Assembly (NCBI GenBank): GCA_963814585.1
Contig: CAWFDF010000014.1
Coordinates: 96,001 to 160,000, forward strand
DNA from: an uncultured delta proteobacterium
Lineage (GTDB): Bacteria; Myxococcota; Myxococcia; Myxococcales; Anaeromyxobacteraceae
Length of the DNA stretch: 64,000 nucleotides
Direction of reading: 5' to 3'
Part shown: positions 35,015-46,063 of the stretch, piece by piece
Position numbering within the stretch: position 1 is the first letter of the stretch
Layout of the letters: every line of letters starts with the position of its first letter
Position numbers and translations under genes: made by a program
Notes under the pieces: model-generated
What the model was told of the DNA's origin: nothing
Database searches by the model: none
Seen by the model: only the letters and a program-made list of their open reading frames with translations

Positions 35015-35548
35015 CTACTTCAGTGTGGGGGGGGCCAACGTCTTGAAGCCACGCTCCAGCGCGATGCGCCCGGAGCGACAGATCTCCTGGATGCCGAAGG
35101 CGCGGAGCCGATCCTCGAGCGCTTCCAGCTTGCCGCTGTTGCCCGAGGCCTCGACCACCAGGGCGTCGGGCGAGACGTCCACGATGGTGGCCTCGTAGGT
35201 CTCCGCCAGCGCTCGCAGCTCGGCGTGGTTCCGCTCCGGGGTGCGGATCTTCACCAGCATCAGCTCGCGCTCGATGAGGTCCTGCGGCGAGAGCTCGCGA
35301 ACCTCGACCACCGGCACCAGCTTCTGCACCTGGCGGACCACCTGCTCCACGGTCTTGGTGGAGAGGCGGACCACGATGGTCATGCGGGAGTACTCGGCCC
35401 GCTCGGTGGGACCCACCGTGAGACTGGCGATGTTGTAGCCGCGCCGGGAGAAGAGCCCGGCGATGCGGTGGAGCACGCCCGGCTTGTTCTCGACCAGCAG
35501 GCTGATGGTGTGGGTGGAGCCGCTCGGCACTTCCTCGTTCCGTTCCAT
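35015..35548 (-). CDS. ilvH: Acetolactate synthase small (regulatory) subunit
   Basis: LVENKPGVLHRIAGLFSRRGYNIASL, RELMLVKI. Confidence 0.93.
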   Translation of the reverse strand: MERNEEVPSGSTHTISLLVENKPGVLHRIAGLFSRRGYNIASLTVGPTERAEYSRMTIVVRLSTKTVEQVVRQVQKLVPVVEVRELSPQDLIERELMLVKIRTPERNHAELRALAETYEATIVDVSPDALVVEASGNSGKLEALEDRLRAFGIQEICRSGRIALERGFKTLAPPTLK

Positions 35549-35550
35549 GG

Positions 35551-37257
35551 CTACTCCCCGTCGATCATGTCGTTGAGAGGCGCGCCGGCCGGGACCATGG
35601 GGAAGACCTTCTCCTGGCGGCGGACGCGCACGTCGATGATGGTGGGCCCGCCCGTGTTGGCGAGGGCCTGGTCGATGACCTGGTCGAGCTCCTCCACCGT
35701 CCGGGCCCGCAGCCCCAGGCAGCCGTAGGCGTCGGCCAGCTTCACGAAGTCCGGGCAGTCGGAGAGCGGGGTCTGGGCGAAGCGGTTCTCGTAGAACAGC
35801 TCCTGCCACTGCCGGACCATGCCGAGGAAGAGGTTGTTGAGGATGAAGATCTTGATGGGCAGGTTCAGGTCCCGGGCGGTGGCGAGGTCCTGCAGCGTCA
35901 TCTGGAACGAGCCGTCGCCGTCGATGCCGATGACCAGCTCTCCGGGCCGGCCCAGCTGGATGCCGATGGCCGCGGGCAGGCAGAACCCCATGGTGCCGAG
36001 GCCGCCCGAGGTGATGAACTGGCGGGGCCCGGAGGTCTTCCACCACTGCGCGGCGAACATCTGGTGCTCACCGACGCCGGTGGTGACCACCGCCTTGCCG
36101 CCGGTCTTCTTCCAGATGGCCTCGATGACGTACTGGGGGAGCAGGTACTTCTGCCCGGCCTGCTCGTACCTGAGCGGGTGCTTCTCGCGCCAGGCCCCCA
36201 CCCGCTTCAACCAGGGGCCCAGGTCGGCCCGGCCCTGCGCGGCGAAGAGGCGGCGCACCTCCTCGGTGAGCTGCGGCAGCAGCCGCTTCAGGTCGCCGAC
36301 CAGCGGGACGGTGGCGGTGACCAGCTTGGAGATCTCGGCCGGGTCGACGTCGAGGTGGACCACCTTGGCCTCGGGGGCGAAGGTGGAGAGCTTGCCGGTG
36401 ACGCGGTCGTCGAAGCGTGCGCCCAAGGCGATGAGCAGGTCCGAGTTCTGCACGGCGTAGTTGGAGAACTTGCTGCCGTGCATGCCGAACATGCCGAGGC
36501 AGCGCGGGTCGGTCTCGGGGAAGGCCCCCTTGCCGTGGACCGTGGTCACCACCGGGCAGCCCACCAGCTCGACGAAGGCGGCCACCTCGGCGTGGGCGTC
36601 GGAGGTTCGCACCCCGCCCCCCAGGTAGATGATGGGGCGCGACGAGCCCCGGATCAGCGTGGCGGCGTCCTTGAGCCGCGGCTCCTCGCGGACCGGGGGG
36701 TGGTAGCCCGGGATCGAGACCGACTCCGGGTACTCGAACTCGAACTCGGTGTTCTGGATGTCCTTGGGGATGTCGACCAGCACCGGGCCGGGCCGGCCGG
36801 TGCGGGCGACGTAGAAGGCCTCCTTGAGGATGCGCGGGAGGTCGTGGACGTCGGTCACCAGCCAGTTGTGCTTGGTGATGGGCATGGTGATGCCGGTGAT
36901 GTCCGCCTCCTGGAAGGCGTCCGAGCCGATCAGGCCGGTGGCGACGTTGCCGGTGATGGCCACCAGCGGCACCGAGTCCATGTAGGCGTCGGCGATGGCG
37001 GTCACCAGGTTGGTGGCGCCCGGGCCGGAGGTCCCGAAGCAGACCCCGACCCGGCCGGTGGCGTGGGCGTAGCCCTCGGCGGCGTGGCCACCCACCTGCT
37101 CGTGGCGGATCAGCACCTGCTGCGGCTTCTTGCAGTCGAACATCGCGTCGTAGATGGGCAGGATGGTCCCGCCCGGCATGCCGAAGACGTACTCGACGCC
37201 TTCCGCCTCCAGGGCGCGCCGGACCGCCATCGCGCCGGTGATCTTCTCCTTGGCCAT
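35551..37257 (-). CDS. ilvB: Acetolactate synthase large subunit
   Basis: RHEQ, TSGPGATN, RFDDRVTG, GVGEHQM, GDGSFQM, GMVRQWQ. Confidence 0.96.
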   Translation of the reverse strand: MAKEKITGAMAVRRALEAEGVEYVFGMPGGTILPIYDAMFDCKKPQQVLIRHEQVGGHAAEGYAHATGRVGVCFGTSGPGATNLVTAIADAYMDSVPLVAITGNVATGLIGSDAFQEADITGITMPITKHNWLVTDVHDLPRILKEAFYVARTGRPGPVLVDIPKDIQNTEFEFEYPESVSIPGYHPPVREEPRLKDAATLIRGSSRPIIYLGGGVRTSDAHAEVAAFVELVGCPVVTTVHGKGAFPETDPRCLGMFGMHGSKFSNYAVQNSDLLIALGARFDDRVTGKLSTFAPEAKVVHLDVDPAEISKLVTATVPLVGDLKRLLPQLTEEVRRLFAAQGRADLGPWLKRVGAWREKHPLRYEQAGQKYLLPQYVIEAIWKKTGGKAVVTTGVGEHQMFAAQWWKTSGPRQFITSGGLGTMGFCLPAAIGIQLGRPGELVIGIDGDGSFQMTLQDLATARDLNLPIKIFILNNLFLGMVRQWQELFYENRFAQTPLSDCPDFVKLADAYGCLGLRARTVEELDQVIDQALANTGGPTIIDVRVRRQEKVFPMVPAGAPLNDMIDGE

Positions 37258-37301
37258 TGCTCGCTCCGTGTCGCTGCGCTTGGTTGGGGGTTGAGAAGGG
37301 G

Positions 37302-38366
37302 TCAGGCTGGCAGGCTGCCGGACTGCAGCGCGCGGACCACCGCCGCGCCGGCCTCGGCGGTGCTGGCCGTGCCGCCGAGATCCGGGGTGAGCACGCCCTC
37401 GACCACCGCCGCGGTCACCGCCCGCTCCACCGAGGCGGCCTCGGCCTCGAGGCCGAGCGAGTGGCGCAGCAGCATGGCCACGCTCATGATGGTGCCGTAG
37501 GGGTTGGCGATCCCCTTCCCGGCGATGTCGGGGGCCGAGCCGTGGATGGGCTCGTAGAGCCCGCTTCGCCCGGCACCCAGCGAGGCCGATGGCAGCAGGC
37601 CGATGGAGCCGGCCAGCACCGAGGCCTCGTCGGTGAGGATGTCTCCGAACATGTTCTCGGTCACCACCACGTCGAAGTCGGCCGGGCGCCTCACCAGCTG
37701 CATGGCGCAGCTGTCGACCAGCTGGTGCTCGAGCCGGCAGTCGGGGAACTCGGCCTTCACCACCCGCTCCGCCACCTCGCGCCAGAGCCGGGAGGTCTCC
37801 AGCACGTTGGCCTTGTCGACGCTGGTGATCTTCTTGCGGCGCTCGCGCGCCAGCCGGCCCGCCACCCGCACCACCCGCTCGATCTCCTCCACCGTGTAGC
37901 TGCAGAGATCGGAGGCGCCGGTGGCGGTCCGGGTCTTCTCGCCGAAGTAGATGCCGCCGGTCAGCTCGCGGACCACCAGCAGGTCCACGCCCACCAGCAG
38001 CTCGGCCTTGAGCGGCGAGGCGGCGGCCAGCCGCGGGTTGACCGTGACCGGTCGCAGGTTGGCGAAGAGCCCCAGCTCCCGCCGCAGCGCCAGCAGCCCC
38101 TGCTCCGGGCGGACCGGGGCGGACGGCCCCCACCTGGGGCCTCCGATGGCGCCGAAGAGGATGGCCTCGGAGGCCCGGCAGAGCGCCAGGGTGGCCGCGG
38201 GGAGCGGCTGGCCGGTGGCGTCGATGGCGGCGCCGCCCACCAGCGCCTCGGTGAGCTCGAAGTGGTGGCCGCCTCGCGCCGCCACCGCGCGGAGCACCGC
38301 CGCTCCCTCGCGAGCCACCTCGGGGCCGATGCCGTCACCACCCAGGACCGCGATGCGCGCCCTCAT
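37302..38366 (-). CDS. leuB: 3-isopropylmalate dehydrogenase
   Basis: [45 protein letters not shown]. Confidence 0.96.
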   Translation of the reverse strand: MRARIAVLGGDGIGPEVAREGAAVLRAVAARGGHHFELTEALVGGAAIDATGQPLPAATLALCRASEAILFGAIGGPRWGPSAPVRPEQGLLALRRELGLFANLRPVTVNPRLAAASPLKAELLVGVDLLVVRELTGGIYFGEKTRTATGASDLCSYTVEEIERVVRVAGRLARERRKKITSVDKANVLETSRLWREVAERVVKAEFPDCRLEHQLVDSCAMQLVRRPADFDVVVTENMFGDILTDEASVLAGSIGLLPSASLGAGRSGLYEPIHGSAPDIAGKGIANPYGTIMSVAMLLRHSLGLEAEAASVERAVTAAVVEGVLTPDLGGTASTAEAGAAVVRALQSGSLPA

Positions 38367-38935
38367 CTCGACCCCTCGAAGGCCGTGATGGCCTCGGCCT
38401 GGCCGAGCAGGAAGCCGAGCTCGTCGACGCCGTTCAGCAGGCAGTAGCGGCTGAAGCCGTCGATGGAGAACCCGACCGCCTTGCCGCCCGGCAGCGTCAG
38501 CTGCTGCGTCTCCAGGTCGATCCGGACCGTGGCCCCGGGGTTGGCCAGCAGCACGGCATGGCTGGCGGCGTCGACCTGGATGGGGAGCAGCCCGTTCTTG
38601 AGCGCGTTGTTCCTGAAGATGTCGGCGATGCGGGTGGAGAGCACGGCGCGGAAGCCGTGGTCGTGGAGCGCCCACGGGGCGTGCTCGCGCGACGAGCCGC
38701 AGCCGAAGTTGTCGCCGGCCACCAGCACCTGGCAGCCCTGCGCCTCGGGCCGGTTGAGCACGAAGTCTGGCCGTGGCGAGCCGTCGGGGCCGTAGCGCCA
38801 GTCGGCGAAGGCCGCCTTGCCGAGGCCGGCCTTGTCGGTGACCTTGAGGAAGCGGGCCGGGATGATCTGGTCGGTGTCGATGTTCTCCCGGGGGAGCACC
38901 ACCGTCCGGCTCTCGATGACGCGGATCGGGTTCAC
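38363..38935 (-). CDS. leuD: 3-isopropylmalate dehydratase small subunit
   Basis: [28 protein letters not shown]. Confidence 0.96.
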   Translation of the reverse strand: MNPIRVIESRTVVLPRENIDTDQIIPARFLKVTDKAGLGKAAFADWRYGPDGSPRPDFVLNRPEAQGCQVLVAGDNFGCGSSREHAPWALHDHGFRAVLSTRIADIFRNNALKNGLLPIQVDAASHAVLLANPGATVRIDLETQQLTLPGGKAVGFSIDGFSRYCLLNGVDELGFLLGQAEAITAFEGSR

Positions 38936-40362
38936 GGCCTGGCCTCCGCGAAGGACCTGGGATCGGCCACCGCGCCGGCCACCGCCGCCGCCGCCGCCGT
39001 GGCCGGGCTGGCCAGCAGCGTCCGGCCGCCCGCCCCCTGCCGGCCCTCGAAGTTCCGGTTGGAGGTGGAGACGCAGTACTGGCCCCGCTCGAGGCGGTCG
39101 CCGTTCATGGCGATGCACATCGAGCAGCCCGGCTCCCGCCACTCCGCCCCGGCCTCGCGGAAGACCCGGTCCAGCCCCTCGGCCTCGGCCTGCCTCTTGA
39201 CGCGCTGCGAGCCGGGGACGATGAGGGTGCGGGCCTTGACCCGGCGGCCGCGCAGCACGCCGGCCGCCTCCCGCAGGTCCTCCAGCCGCCCGTTGGTGCA
39301 GGAACCGACGAAGACCACGTCGACGGGCTGGCCGAGGATGGGCTGGCCGGCGCGCAGCCCCATGTAGCCGAGCGCCCCCTGCAGCGAGGCGCGGGCCGCG
39401 GCGTCGATGGCGGTGGCCGGGTCGGGCACGCAGGCGGTGACGGGGATGGCCTGCCCCGGGTTGGTCCCCCAGGTGATCATCGGCGAGAGCGTCGAGGCGT
39501 CGATGGTGAGCTCGCGATCGTAGCGGGCGCCCGGATCGCTGGGGAGCGTCCGCCAGCGCGCCACCGCCTCGTCCCAGGCCTTCCCCTGCGGCGCCCGGGG
39601 GCGACCCTTCAGCCAGGCGAAGGTGACCTCGTCGGGGGCCACCATCCCGGCGCGGGCGCCGGCCTCGATCGACATGTTGCAGAGGGTCATCCGCCCCTCC
39701 ATGGAGAGCGCGCGCACCGCCTCGCCGAGGTACTCGATGACGTGGCCGGTCCCGCCGCCCACGCCGAGCCGGGCGATGATCGCCAGCACCAGGTCCTTGG
39801 CGCCGACGCCGGCCGGCAGCCGCCCGTCCACGCGCACCGCCAGCGTCCTGGCCTGGCGCTGCAGCAGGCACTGCGTGGCCAGCACGTGGCCGACCTCGGA
39901 GGTTCCGATGCCGAAGGCCAGCGCCCCGAAGGCGCCGTGCGTGGCGGTGTGGCTGTCGCCGCAGACCACCGTCATGCCCGGCTGCGTCGCCCCCATCTCC
40001 GGGCCGAAGACGTGGACCACGCCCTGGGCCTCGGTCCCCAGGCCGTGCAGCTCGACGCCGAACTCGGCGGCGTTGCTGGCCAGCTGGGCCACCTGCGCCT
40101 CGGCCTGGGCGTCGATGAAGGGCCAGCGGCCGTCGGCGCCGCGCGGGAGCGTCGGCGTGGAGTGGTCCATGGTGGCCAGCGTCCGATCCAGCCGGCGCAC
40201 CGGGAGGCCGCGCTCCCTGAGCACCGAGAAGGCCTGCGGGCTGGTCACCTCGTGGACGAGGTGGAGATCGACGTAGAGGACGGCGGGCGTGTCGGTGGTC
40301 TCGGCCCGGACCAGGTGGGCCTCCCAGACCTTCTCGAAGAGGGTCCTTGCCGAGGCCGACAT
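38932..40362 (-). CDS. leuC: 3-isopropylmalate dehydratase large subunit
   Basis: [39 protein letters not shown]. Confidence 0.97.
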   Translation of the reverse strand: MSASARTLFEKVWEAHLVRAETTDTPAVLYVDLHLVHEVTSPQAFSVLRERGLPVRRLDRTLATMDHSTPTLPRGADGRWPFIDAQAEAQVAQLASNAAEFGVELHGLGTEAQGVVHVFGPEMGATQPGMTVVCGDSHTATHGAFGALAFGIGTSEVGHVLATQCLLQRQARTLAVRVDGRLPAGVGAKDLVLAIIARLGVGGGTGHVIEYLGEAVRALSMEGRMTLCNMSIEAGARAGMVAPDEVTFAWLKGRPRAPQGKAWDEAVARWRTLPSDPGARYDRELTIDASTLSPMITWGTNPGQAIPVTACVPDPATAIDAAARASLQGALGYMGLRAGQPILGQPVDVVFVGSCTNGRLEDLREAAGVLRGRRVKARTLIVPGSQRVKRQAEAEGLDRVFREAGAEWREPGCSMCIAMNGDRLERGQYCVSTSNRNFEGRQGAGGRTLLASPATAAAAAVAGAVADPRSFAEARP

Positions 40363-42012
40363 CTACGGCGACCCCATCTCGGCGCGCGCCGCGGCCGCGG
40401 CCGCGGCCGAGCCCGGCCCGGACTTGAGCGCGATGCGGTTGATGACCTCGAGGAAGGCGCGGGCGCTCCCCTCGATGATGTCGGTGGAGAGGGCCCGGCC
40501 GCGGTAGACGCCGCTGGGGTGCTCGCAGTCGAGCGTCACCTCGCCCTGCGCGTCCTCGCCGGTGGAGATGCTGGCGATCTGGTAGTCGCGCAACTTCACG
40601 GTGATGCCGGTCACGTCCTCGATGGCCTTGAAGACGGCGTCGACCGGCCCGTCGCCGGCCGCCACCGCCTGGCGGCGCTCGCCGGCGGCGTTCACCAGCG
40701 CCACCGAGGCCACCGGCAGCGTCCCGGTGCCCGAGGTGGTGGAGAGCGCCTCCAGCTTCCAGGCCACCGCCCCCTTGCCGAGGATCTGGCCGTGGACCAC
40801 CAGCGCCTCGATGTCGGCGTCGTAGATGTCCTTCTTCTTGTCGGCCAGCGCCTTGAAGTCCCCGAAGACCTTGTCGACGGCGGCGTCCTCGAGCTGGTAG
40901 CCGAGCGCCACCAGCCGCTCCTTGAGGGCGTGGCGCCCCGAGTGCTTGCCCAGCACCAGGCTGGAGCGGGCGAAGCCCACCTCCTCCGGCCGCATGATCT
41001 CGTAGGTCTCGCGGTGGGTGAGCATGCCGTGCTGGTGGATGCCGGCCTCGTGGGCGAAGGCGTTCTGCCCGACCACCGCCTTGTTGCGCTGCACGTGCAG
41101 GCCGGTCACCTGCGACACCAGCCGGCTGGTCGGGTAGAGCCGCTCGGTCTTGACGCCGTGGCGGAGCTTGAGCACGTCGTGGCGGGTCTTGCACGCCATG
41201 ACGATCTCCTCCAGCGAGGCGTTGCCGGCCCGCTCGCCGATGCCGTTGATGGTGCACTCCACCTGCCGCGCCCCCGCCATCACGCCGGCCAGCGAGTTGG
41301 CCACGGCCAGCCCGAGGTCGTTGTGGCAGTGGACCGAGATGACCGCCTTGTCGATGCCGCGGACGTGCTGCTTGAGGTGCCGGATGGTCTCGGCGTAGGT
41401 GGAGGGGAGCGCGTAGCCGACGGTGTCGGGGATGTTGACGGTGGTGGCGCCGGCCTCGATGGCCCGCTCCACCACCTCGACCAGGAAGTCGAGCTCGGTG
41501 CGCGCCGAGTCCTCGGCCGAGAACTCGACGTCGTCGAACTTCTCGCGCGCCATCTTCACGCCCTCGACGGCCCGGCGGATGATCTCCTCCTTGGCCATCT
41601 TGAGCTTGAAGTCGCGGTGGATGGGGCTGGTGGCGAGGAAGACGTGGCAGCGCCGGTGAGGGGCGTCCTTGAGCGCCTCCCAGGAGGCGGCGATGTCGCC
41701 CTTGCTGCAGCGCGAGAGGCTGGCGATGATCGGCCCCTCCACCTGCCGGCTCACCCCCTGGATGGCCTCCAGGTCGCCCGGCGAGGCGGCGGCGAAGCCC
41801 GCCTCGATCACGTCGACGCCGAGCTCCCGCAGGGCCCGCGCCACCTGGAGCTTCTGCTCCAGGTTCATCGACGCACCCGGCGACTGCTCGCCGTCGCGGA
41901 GCGTGGTGTCGAAGATGACGATGCGGTCGGATACGGGCTGGTTCACGCTGGGCACTCCCTCGGCGGCGACGTCGGTTCGCTTCGGCTGCTTGGTCACTGG
42001 CGGCTTCGACAT
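40363..42012 (-). CDS. leuA: 2-isopropylmalate synthase (start could be ATG 42084, ATG 42012 or GTG 41946)
   Basis: [31 protein letters not shown]-terminal regulatory domain GDGPVDA. Confidence 0.95.
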   Translation of the reverse strand: MSKPPVTKQPKRTDVAAEGVPSVNQPVSDRIVIFDTTLRDGEQSPGASMNLEQKLQVARALRELGVDVIEAGFAAASPGDLEAIQGVSRQVEGPIIASLSRCSKGDIAASWEALKDAPHRRCHVFLATSPIHRDFKLKMAKEEIIRRAVEGVKMAREKFDDVEFSAEDSARTELDFLVEVVERAIEAGATTVNIPDTVGYALPSTYAETIRHLKQHVRGIDKAVISVHCHNDLGLAVANSLAGVMAGARQVECTINGIGERAGNASLEEIVMACKTRHDVLKLRHGVKTERLYPTSRLVSQVTGLHVQRNKAVVGQNAFAHEAGIHQHGMLTHRETYEIMRPEEVGFARSSLVLGKHSGRHALKERLVALGYQLEDAAVDKVFGDFKALADKKKDIYDADIEALVVHGQILGKGAVAWKLEALSTTSGTGTLPVASVALVNAAGERRQAVAAGDGPVDAVFKAIEDVTGITVKLRDYQIASISTGEDAQGEVTLDCEHPSGVYRGRALSTDIIEGSARAFLEVINRIALKSGPGSAAAAAAARAEMGSP

Positions 42013-42067
42013 GGATGGACCCCGGGCTCCTGGTGTGGGGCCGAAGAGGGTGGCTCGCCTGTCGAGG

Positions 42068-42102
42068 GCAACCTCTTTGGCCATTTCGGCGAAAGAGGTC
42101 GC
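42068..42102 (-). promoter_or_regulatory. Leader hairpin between leader peptide and leuA
   Basis: GCGACCTCTTT...AAAGAGGTTGC stem with inner GCC-GAAAT-GGC; no U tail. Confidence 0.65.
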
Positions 42103-42111
42103 GGCGCAGCG

Positions 42112-42177
42112 TCACCCTGGCCGGGATACCTCTCCCGCCGGGCTAAGAAGTCGACGCGTGCTGCTCGCGAAATTCAT
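42112..42177 (-). CDS. Putative leucine-sensing leader peptide [21 protein letters not shown]
   Basis: 21-codon ORF with tandem CTT CTT codons, between a promoter and the leuA hairpin. Confidence 0.6.
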   Translation of the reverse strand: MNFASSTRRLLSPAGEVSRPG

Positions 42178-42187
42178 TGGACCGGTG

Positions 42188-42217
42188 ACGTTAGTGGACA
42201 GCGACCGGTGTGGTCAA
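42188..42217 (-). promoter_or_regulatory. Sigma70-type promoter of the leu-ilv operon
   Basis: TTGACC-18 bp-TAACGT, 10 nt before the leader ATG. Confidence 0.6.
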
Positions 42218-42320
42218 GAGTCGCAGGTCGAACCGCCGAACAAAGCTGTCTAGGGCACATCCACCGCGCAGCGGCCTGCTTCGGGTGGTCATGGCCCGGG
42301 CTGGCCCCTGGAATGGGTCG

Positions 42321-44282
42321 CTAGTACGGCGGGGTCGCTTCCCTGGCCATCAGCTCGACGAAGGCGTCGAGCGGCATGGTCTTGAGATCCTCGCCGCCAT
42401 GGCGGCGTGGCGAGACCCCCTGCGCCTCGACCTCCTTCTCGCCGATCACCAGCGCGAAGGGGATCTTGGCCAGCTGGGCGTTGCGGATCTTGGCGCCGAG
42501 CTTGTCGTTGGAGTCGTCGAGCTCGACGCGCCAGCCTCGCGCGCCCAGCCGATCGGCCACCGTCCGGCCCCAGGCCACCGAGCCCTCGGAGACGGTGACG
42601 ACCCGCGCCTGCACCGGCGAGAGCCAGGTGGGGAAGGCGCCGGCGTAGTGCTCGGTGAGGATGGCGATGAAGCGCTCGAAGGAGCCGTAGATGGCCCGGT
42701 GGATCACCACGGGACGGTGCTCGGCGTTGTCCGCCCCCACGTAGGTGAGATCGAACCGCTCCGGCGCGGCGTAGTCGAGCTGGATGGTGCAGGTCTGCCA
42801 CTGCCGGCCCAGCGAGTCGGTCACGGTGAAGTCGATCTTGGGGCCGTAGAAGGCGCCGTCGCCCGGGTTGAGCTCCCACGGCAGGCCGATCTGCTCGAGC
42901 GCCGCGCGCAGCGCCCCCTCGGCCTTGTCCCAGAGGGCGTCGTCGCCGATGCGGTCCTTCTGGTCGGGCGGCCGCGTCGAGAACTTGAGGCCGAACTGCA
43001 GCCCGAAGGCCCCGTAGACGATCTTCATCAGCTCCACGATGCGCAGCACCTCGGCCGCGATCTGCGACTCCATCAGGTAGATGTGCGAGTCGTCCTGCTC
43101 GAACTGGCGCACCCGGGTCAGGCCGCCGAGCGAGCCCGAGGCCTCGTTCCGGTGCAGGGCGTCGGTGGTGTAGTAGCGGAGCGGCAGCTCGCGGTAGCTG
43201 CGCCGTCCCATCCTGTAGATGAGGTGGTGGGACGGGCAGTTCATGGGCTTGAGCGAGAAGCTGCAGCGCTCGTCGAGGTGCAGGGACTCGTCCGACTCGC
43301 TGTCGACCACCAGGAACATGTTCGACCTGTAGGGCCCCCAGTGGCCGCTCTGCTCCCAGAGCCGCCTGTTGAAGAGCAGTGGGGTCTTGACCTCCTGGTA
43401 GCCGTTCCTGTTGACGAGGCGGCGCATCGCCTCCTCGAGCACGTTGTAGAGGGTGGTGCCGGCCGGCAGCCAGAAGGGGGCGCCCGGGGCGTACTCGTGG
43501 AAGGCGAAGAGGCCCAGCGCCGGGCCCAGCTTCCGGTGGTCGCGCTTCTTCACCTCCTCCAGCTTGTGGAGGTGGGCGTCGAGGGCCTTCCTGTCGAAGA
43601 AGGAGGTGCCGTAGATCCGCTGCAGCATCGCGTTCCGCGAGTCGCCTCGCCAGTAGGCGCCGGCCACCGAGGTGAGCTTGACCACGCCGATGCGCGCCGT
43701 CGACGGGCCGTGCGGCCCGAGGCAGAAGTCGACCCAGTCGCCATGCCGGTAGAGGGTCAGCGTCTTCGCCCCCTTGGCGGCGATGTCGCGGATGATCTCC
43801 ACCTTGTACTTCTCGCCCTGCCCCTCGAAGAGCTGGAGCGCCTGCTCCATCGAGACCTCCTCGCGGAGGAAGGGGTGATCGGCCTTGATGGCCTCGTTGG
43901 TGGCGGCCTCGATCTTCTCGAGGTCCTCCGGCGTGAAGGGCTTCTCGCGGGCGAAGTCGTAGTAGAAGCCGTCCTCGATCGACGGGCCGATGGTCACCTG
44001 CGTGCCCGGGAAGAGCTGCTGCACCGCGCTGGCCATGACATGGGCGGCGTCGTGGCGCGCCACCTCCAGCGCCTCGGGGCTCTTCGTGGTCACCACCTCG
44101 AGCCGGGCGTCGGCGTCGATGGTGCGGGCCAGGTCGACCGGCTGGCCGTCGAGCCTGGCGATGTAGGCGGCCTTGGCGAGGCCGGCGCCGATGTGCAGCT
44201 TGACGAAGTCGAGCACGCTGATGCCGCGCGCCGCCTCCTTCTGGCTGCCGTCGGGGAGCGTGACTCTGACCAGTTCGGACAT
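42321..44282 (-). CDS. thrS: Threonine-tRNA ligase
   Basis: TGS N-terminus, [40 protein letters not shown]. Confidence 0.97.
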   Translation of the reverse strand: MSELVRVTLPDGSQKEAARGISVLDFVKLHIGAGLAKAAYIARLDGQPVDLARTIDADARLEVVTTKSPEALEVARHDAAHVMASAVQQLFPGTQVTIGPSIEDGFYYDFAREKPFTPEDLEKIEAATNEAIKADHPFLREEVSMEQALQLFEGQGEKYKVEIIRDIAAKGAKTLTLYRHGDWVDFCLGPHGPSTARIGVVKLTSVAGAYWRGDSRNAMLQRIYGTSFFDRKALDAHLHKLEEVKKRDHRKLGPALGLFAFHEYAPGAPFWLPAGTTLYNVLEEAMRRLVNRNGYQEVKTPLLFNRRLWEQSGHWGPYRSNMFLVVDSESDESLHLDERCSFSLKPMNCPSHHLIYRMGRRSYRELPLRYYTTDALHRNEASGSLGGLTRVRQFEQDDSHIYLMESQIAAEVLRIVELMKIVYGAFGLQFGLKFSTRPPDQKDRIGDDALWDKAEGALRAALEQIGLPWELNPGDGAFYGPKIDFTVTDSLGRQWQTCTIQLDYAAPERFDLTYVGADNAEHRPVVIHRAIYGSFERFIAILTEHYAGAFPTWLSPVQARVVTVSEGSVAWGRTVADRLGARGWRVELDDSNDKLGAKIRNAQLAKIPFALVIGEKEVEAQGVSPRRHGGEDLKTMPLDAFVELMAREATPPY

Positions 44283-44545
44283 GCGATGTAGGTATCGCTG
44301 AACGGGAGAAAAGGGAATCCCGAAGGCGCGCGCCTCGAGCCGGCCGCGCCGCTCTAGCGCGCGCCCTTCAGGGCTCGCAGACCGGAAGCGCCAGGACCCG
44401 GGTCCGGGTCGGTCTCTCCGCCATGCGGCGCCGTTGGCCGGACGGGAGGCGCAGCGAGGGACGAGCGCGGGCGGGTGCTGGTGGTGGAGGAGCGGCACGC
44501 AGCGCGAGGTGATCCCGGCAGACGAGAACCGGGCTCCCCGCCCCC

Positions 44546-44582
44546 CAAGAAGAAGGGGCCGGCGGACTCCGCCAACCCCTTC
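44546..44582 (-). terminator. Terminator downstream of tRNA-Val
   Basis: GAAGGGGTTGGCGG-AGT-CCGCCGGCCCCTTC-TTCTT. Confidence 0.7.
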
Positions 44583-44596
44583 GTGTTCACTCTCAG

Positions 44597-44668
<72 letters not shown>

Positions 44669-44686
44669 TCACCGCGATGCGGCGGG

Positions 44687-44716
44687 TTCATAGCTTGCGA
44701 TCGCGGCGCTCGTCAA
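44687..44716 (-). promoter_or_regulatory. Probable tRNA-Val promoter
   Basis: TTGACG-18 bp-TATGAA, then GC-rich CCCGCCGC. Confidence 0.5.
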
Positions 44717-45330
44717 CGGTCGCGTGCCACCCGTCGGGCCCGCCGCAGCTCCACCGCCAGCGTCCACCCGTACTGCGCCCAGGAGACCATCATGCAGGCG
44801 GCCACCAGGAGGCCGGTGGCGGCCACCCAGGGCGCCAGCGAAGGCCGGGGCGCCGCGCCCACGTCCCCGGCCAGCACCAGCAGCACCAGCGCCACCAGGG
44901 TGGCGGTGGCGTACTTGCCGGCGCGGGTGGGCTCGATGGGCACCGGCCGGCCGCTCCACTGCAGGGCGGTCGCCGCCCCCACCAGCGCCAGGTCGCGGCC
45001 GATGATGAGCACCGCCAGCCAGGCCGGGAGCCGCCCGGCGGTCACCAGGGCCACCAGGATGCAGAAGGCCAGCAGCTTGTCGGCGATGGGGTCGAGCACC
45101 TCTCCGAACCGGGAGTGCTGGCCGAGCAGGCGTGCCGCCAGCCCGTCGAGCACGTCGGTGAGGGCGGCCACCGCGTAGACCGTCAGCGCGCCCGGCAGGT
45201 CGCCCTGCACGTAGAGCAGCATCACCAGCGGCGCCAGCAGCAGCCGGAGCAGCGTGAGGGCGTTGGCGAGCGTGAAGGGACCGGCGTCGGGAGGCCGGGG
45301 CGCCCCGCCACCCTCCCCGCCGGCGGGGAC
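44713..45330 (-). CDS. CDP-alcohol phosphatidyltransferase (PgsA/cardiolipin synthase-like); start unclear
   Basis: TLANALTLLR, DVLDGLAAR...GEVLDPIADK signature. Confidence 0.88.
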   Translation of the reverse strand, partial: VPAGGEGGGAPRPPDAGPFTLANALTLLRLLLAPLVMLLYVQGDLPGALTVYAVAALTDVLDGLAARLLGQHSRFGEVLDPIADKLLAFCILVALVTAGRLPAWLAVLIIGRDLALVGAATALQWSGRPVPIEPTRAGKYATATLVALVLLVLAGDVGAAPRPSLAPWVAATGLLVAACMMVSWAQYGWTLAVELRRARRVARDR

Positions 45331-45335
45331 CGGCG

Positions 45336-46061
45336 CTACGGCTTCGCTGCGTCGCGCTCCCGGTTCCACGTCTCCCACTCGTCGGTGTCGGCCATGGCGA
45401 ACTGCTCGGGCTCGGCGGCGCTGCCGTCGGCCGCCACCCTCACCTGCATCATGCTGGTGACGATCCGCTCCCACTGCTCGCGGGTGACCTCCTTGGGCCC
45501 GGCAACCTGCTGGCGCCCGCCGCCCGGGGCGCCCTCGGCGCCGTGCTGGGGCCTGGGCAGGGGGCCGGCGGCCACCGCCACCGTCCCGCTGTAGACCTTC
45601 ACCACGCAGCTCTTGTCCTTGCTGGCGTCGACCCGGAAGGTGGTGCCGCGCACGCCGGCCACCGCGTTCTCGGTCTTCACCTCGAAGCGGGCCTCGCCTC
45701 CCAGCGTCCTGGTGACGCTGGCCCAGACGTTGCCGACACGCAGCTTGGCCGAGACCTTCCGGTCGTCGGCGCCCGTCCCGAAGGCCGCCGCGTCCAGCTC
45801 GACGCGCGAGAGCGGGCCGAGGCGCAGCACGCTCTGGTCGGCCAGCGTCAGCTCCACGCGGGTGCGCCTGGCCGTCTCGATGACGTCGCCCTGGAAGATG
45901 CTGGCGCCCTTCTGGAGCTTCGCCGACTTCCCGGCGGCCGTCCGGCTGGCCTCCCCGTCGACGAAGGTGATGGTGCCGGCGACGGGCGGGGGGGCCGGGG
46001 CGGCGAGCGCCGCCGCGGCGAGCAGCGAGGCGGTGATGGCGGCGAGCGGGAGGGGGCGCAT
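45336..46061 (-). CDS. Exported FecR-domain protein
   Basis: Signal peptide; GDVIET, LADQSVLRLG, FEVKTENAVAGVRGTTF, VYSGTV. Confidence 0.85.
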   Translation of the reverse strand: MRPLPLAAITASLLAAAALAAPAPPPVAGTITFVDGEASRTAAGKSAKLQKGASIFQGDVIETARRTRVELTLADQSVLRLGPLSRVELDAAAFGTGADDRKVSAKLRVGNVWASVTRTLGGEARFEVKTENAVAGVRGTTFRVDASKDKSCVVKVYSGTVAVAAGPLPRPQHGAEGAPGGGRQQVAGPKEVTREQWERIVTSMMQVRVAADGSAAEPEQFAMADTDEWETWNRERDAAKP

Positions 46062-46063
46062 GG

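Noticed and set aside
38363..42115. 1250-aa ORF ending in LeuD, and similar long N-terminal extensions on ilvB, the GlcD-like gene, uxs and the MTase-GT2 gene
   Set aside because: Off-frame read-through over upstream genes; real starts overlap the preceding stop codons.
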